NCBI GenBank assembly: GCA_012295275.1
Contig: CM022667.1
Coordinates: forward strand, 10,168,001 to 10,232,000
Length of the DNA stretch: 64,000 nt
Source of the DNA: Chrysomallon squamiferum
Taxonomy: Eukaryota > Animalia > Mollusca
Direction of reading: 5' to 3'
Each line of letters begins with the position of its first letter. Within the stretch, counting starts at the first letter, position 1. The notes under the pieces are model-generated. The model was not told where the DNA came from and ran no database searches. It saw only the letters and a list, made by a program, of their open reading frames with translations. Positions 63,962 through 64,000 of this stretch are shown here, in pieces. A program made the position numbers and the translations under genes.

Positions 63962-64000
63962 CTGAATCAAAACATGATGACAAAAGGTTTATAGACATTA

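Overview
AT-rich, microsatellite-laden, intron-containing animal DNA (probably an invertebrate; the species cannot be fixed from the sequence). Almost the whole window is a tandem and inverted cluster of SAMHD1-like HD-domain dNTP triphosphohydrolase genes, none showing a SAM domain. Exons were assembled by hand from splice sites and named N1, N2 and E1-E14 (E6 covers the IVANK...RDK block; there is no E7). Copy B (-, 6088-15869) is complete: 15 exons, 498 aa. Copy D (+, 39867-48376) is intact from the N2 mini-exon to the stop, but its start exon was not found. Copy E (-, 59106 to beyond 64000) is intact as far as visible. Copy C (-, 23338-34745) has an intact E2-E14 body but a decayed 5' end. 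Copy A (-, 572-3505) is a clean 3' half only. Fragments F, G and H, four spare E1 copies and five N2 copies are also present. Two points stand out. First, GAAANNGAAANNGAAA (ISRE/IRF-type) motifs lie 30-40 bp upstream of the first exons, and this promoter block has itself been amplified in tandem. Second, paralogues keep the HD catalytic residues but differ at substrate-pocket positions equivalent to human N358/Y374/Q375/N380/D383 (YQ, YK, YT, SK, AI at 374-375). Together these suggest an inducible, diversified nucleotide-depletion antiviral family (inference). Also present: RTE-LINE fragments, a pogo/Tc2-type MITE, Ginger2/KRABD2-like integrase remnants and a short Hsp90 fragment. Most ORF-track entries are microsatellite or intron artefacts.
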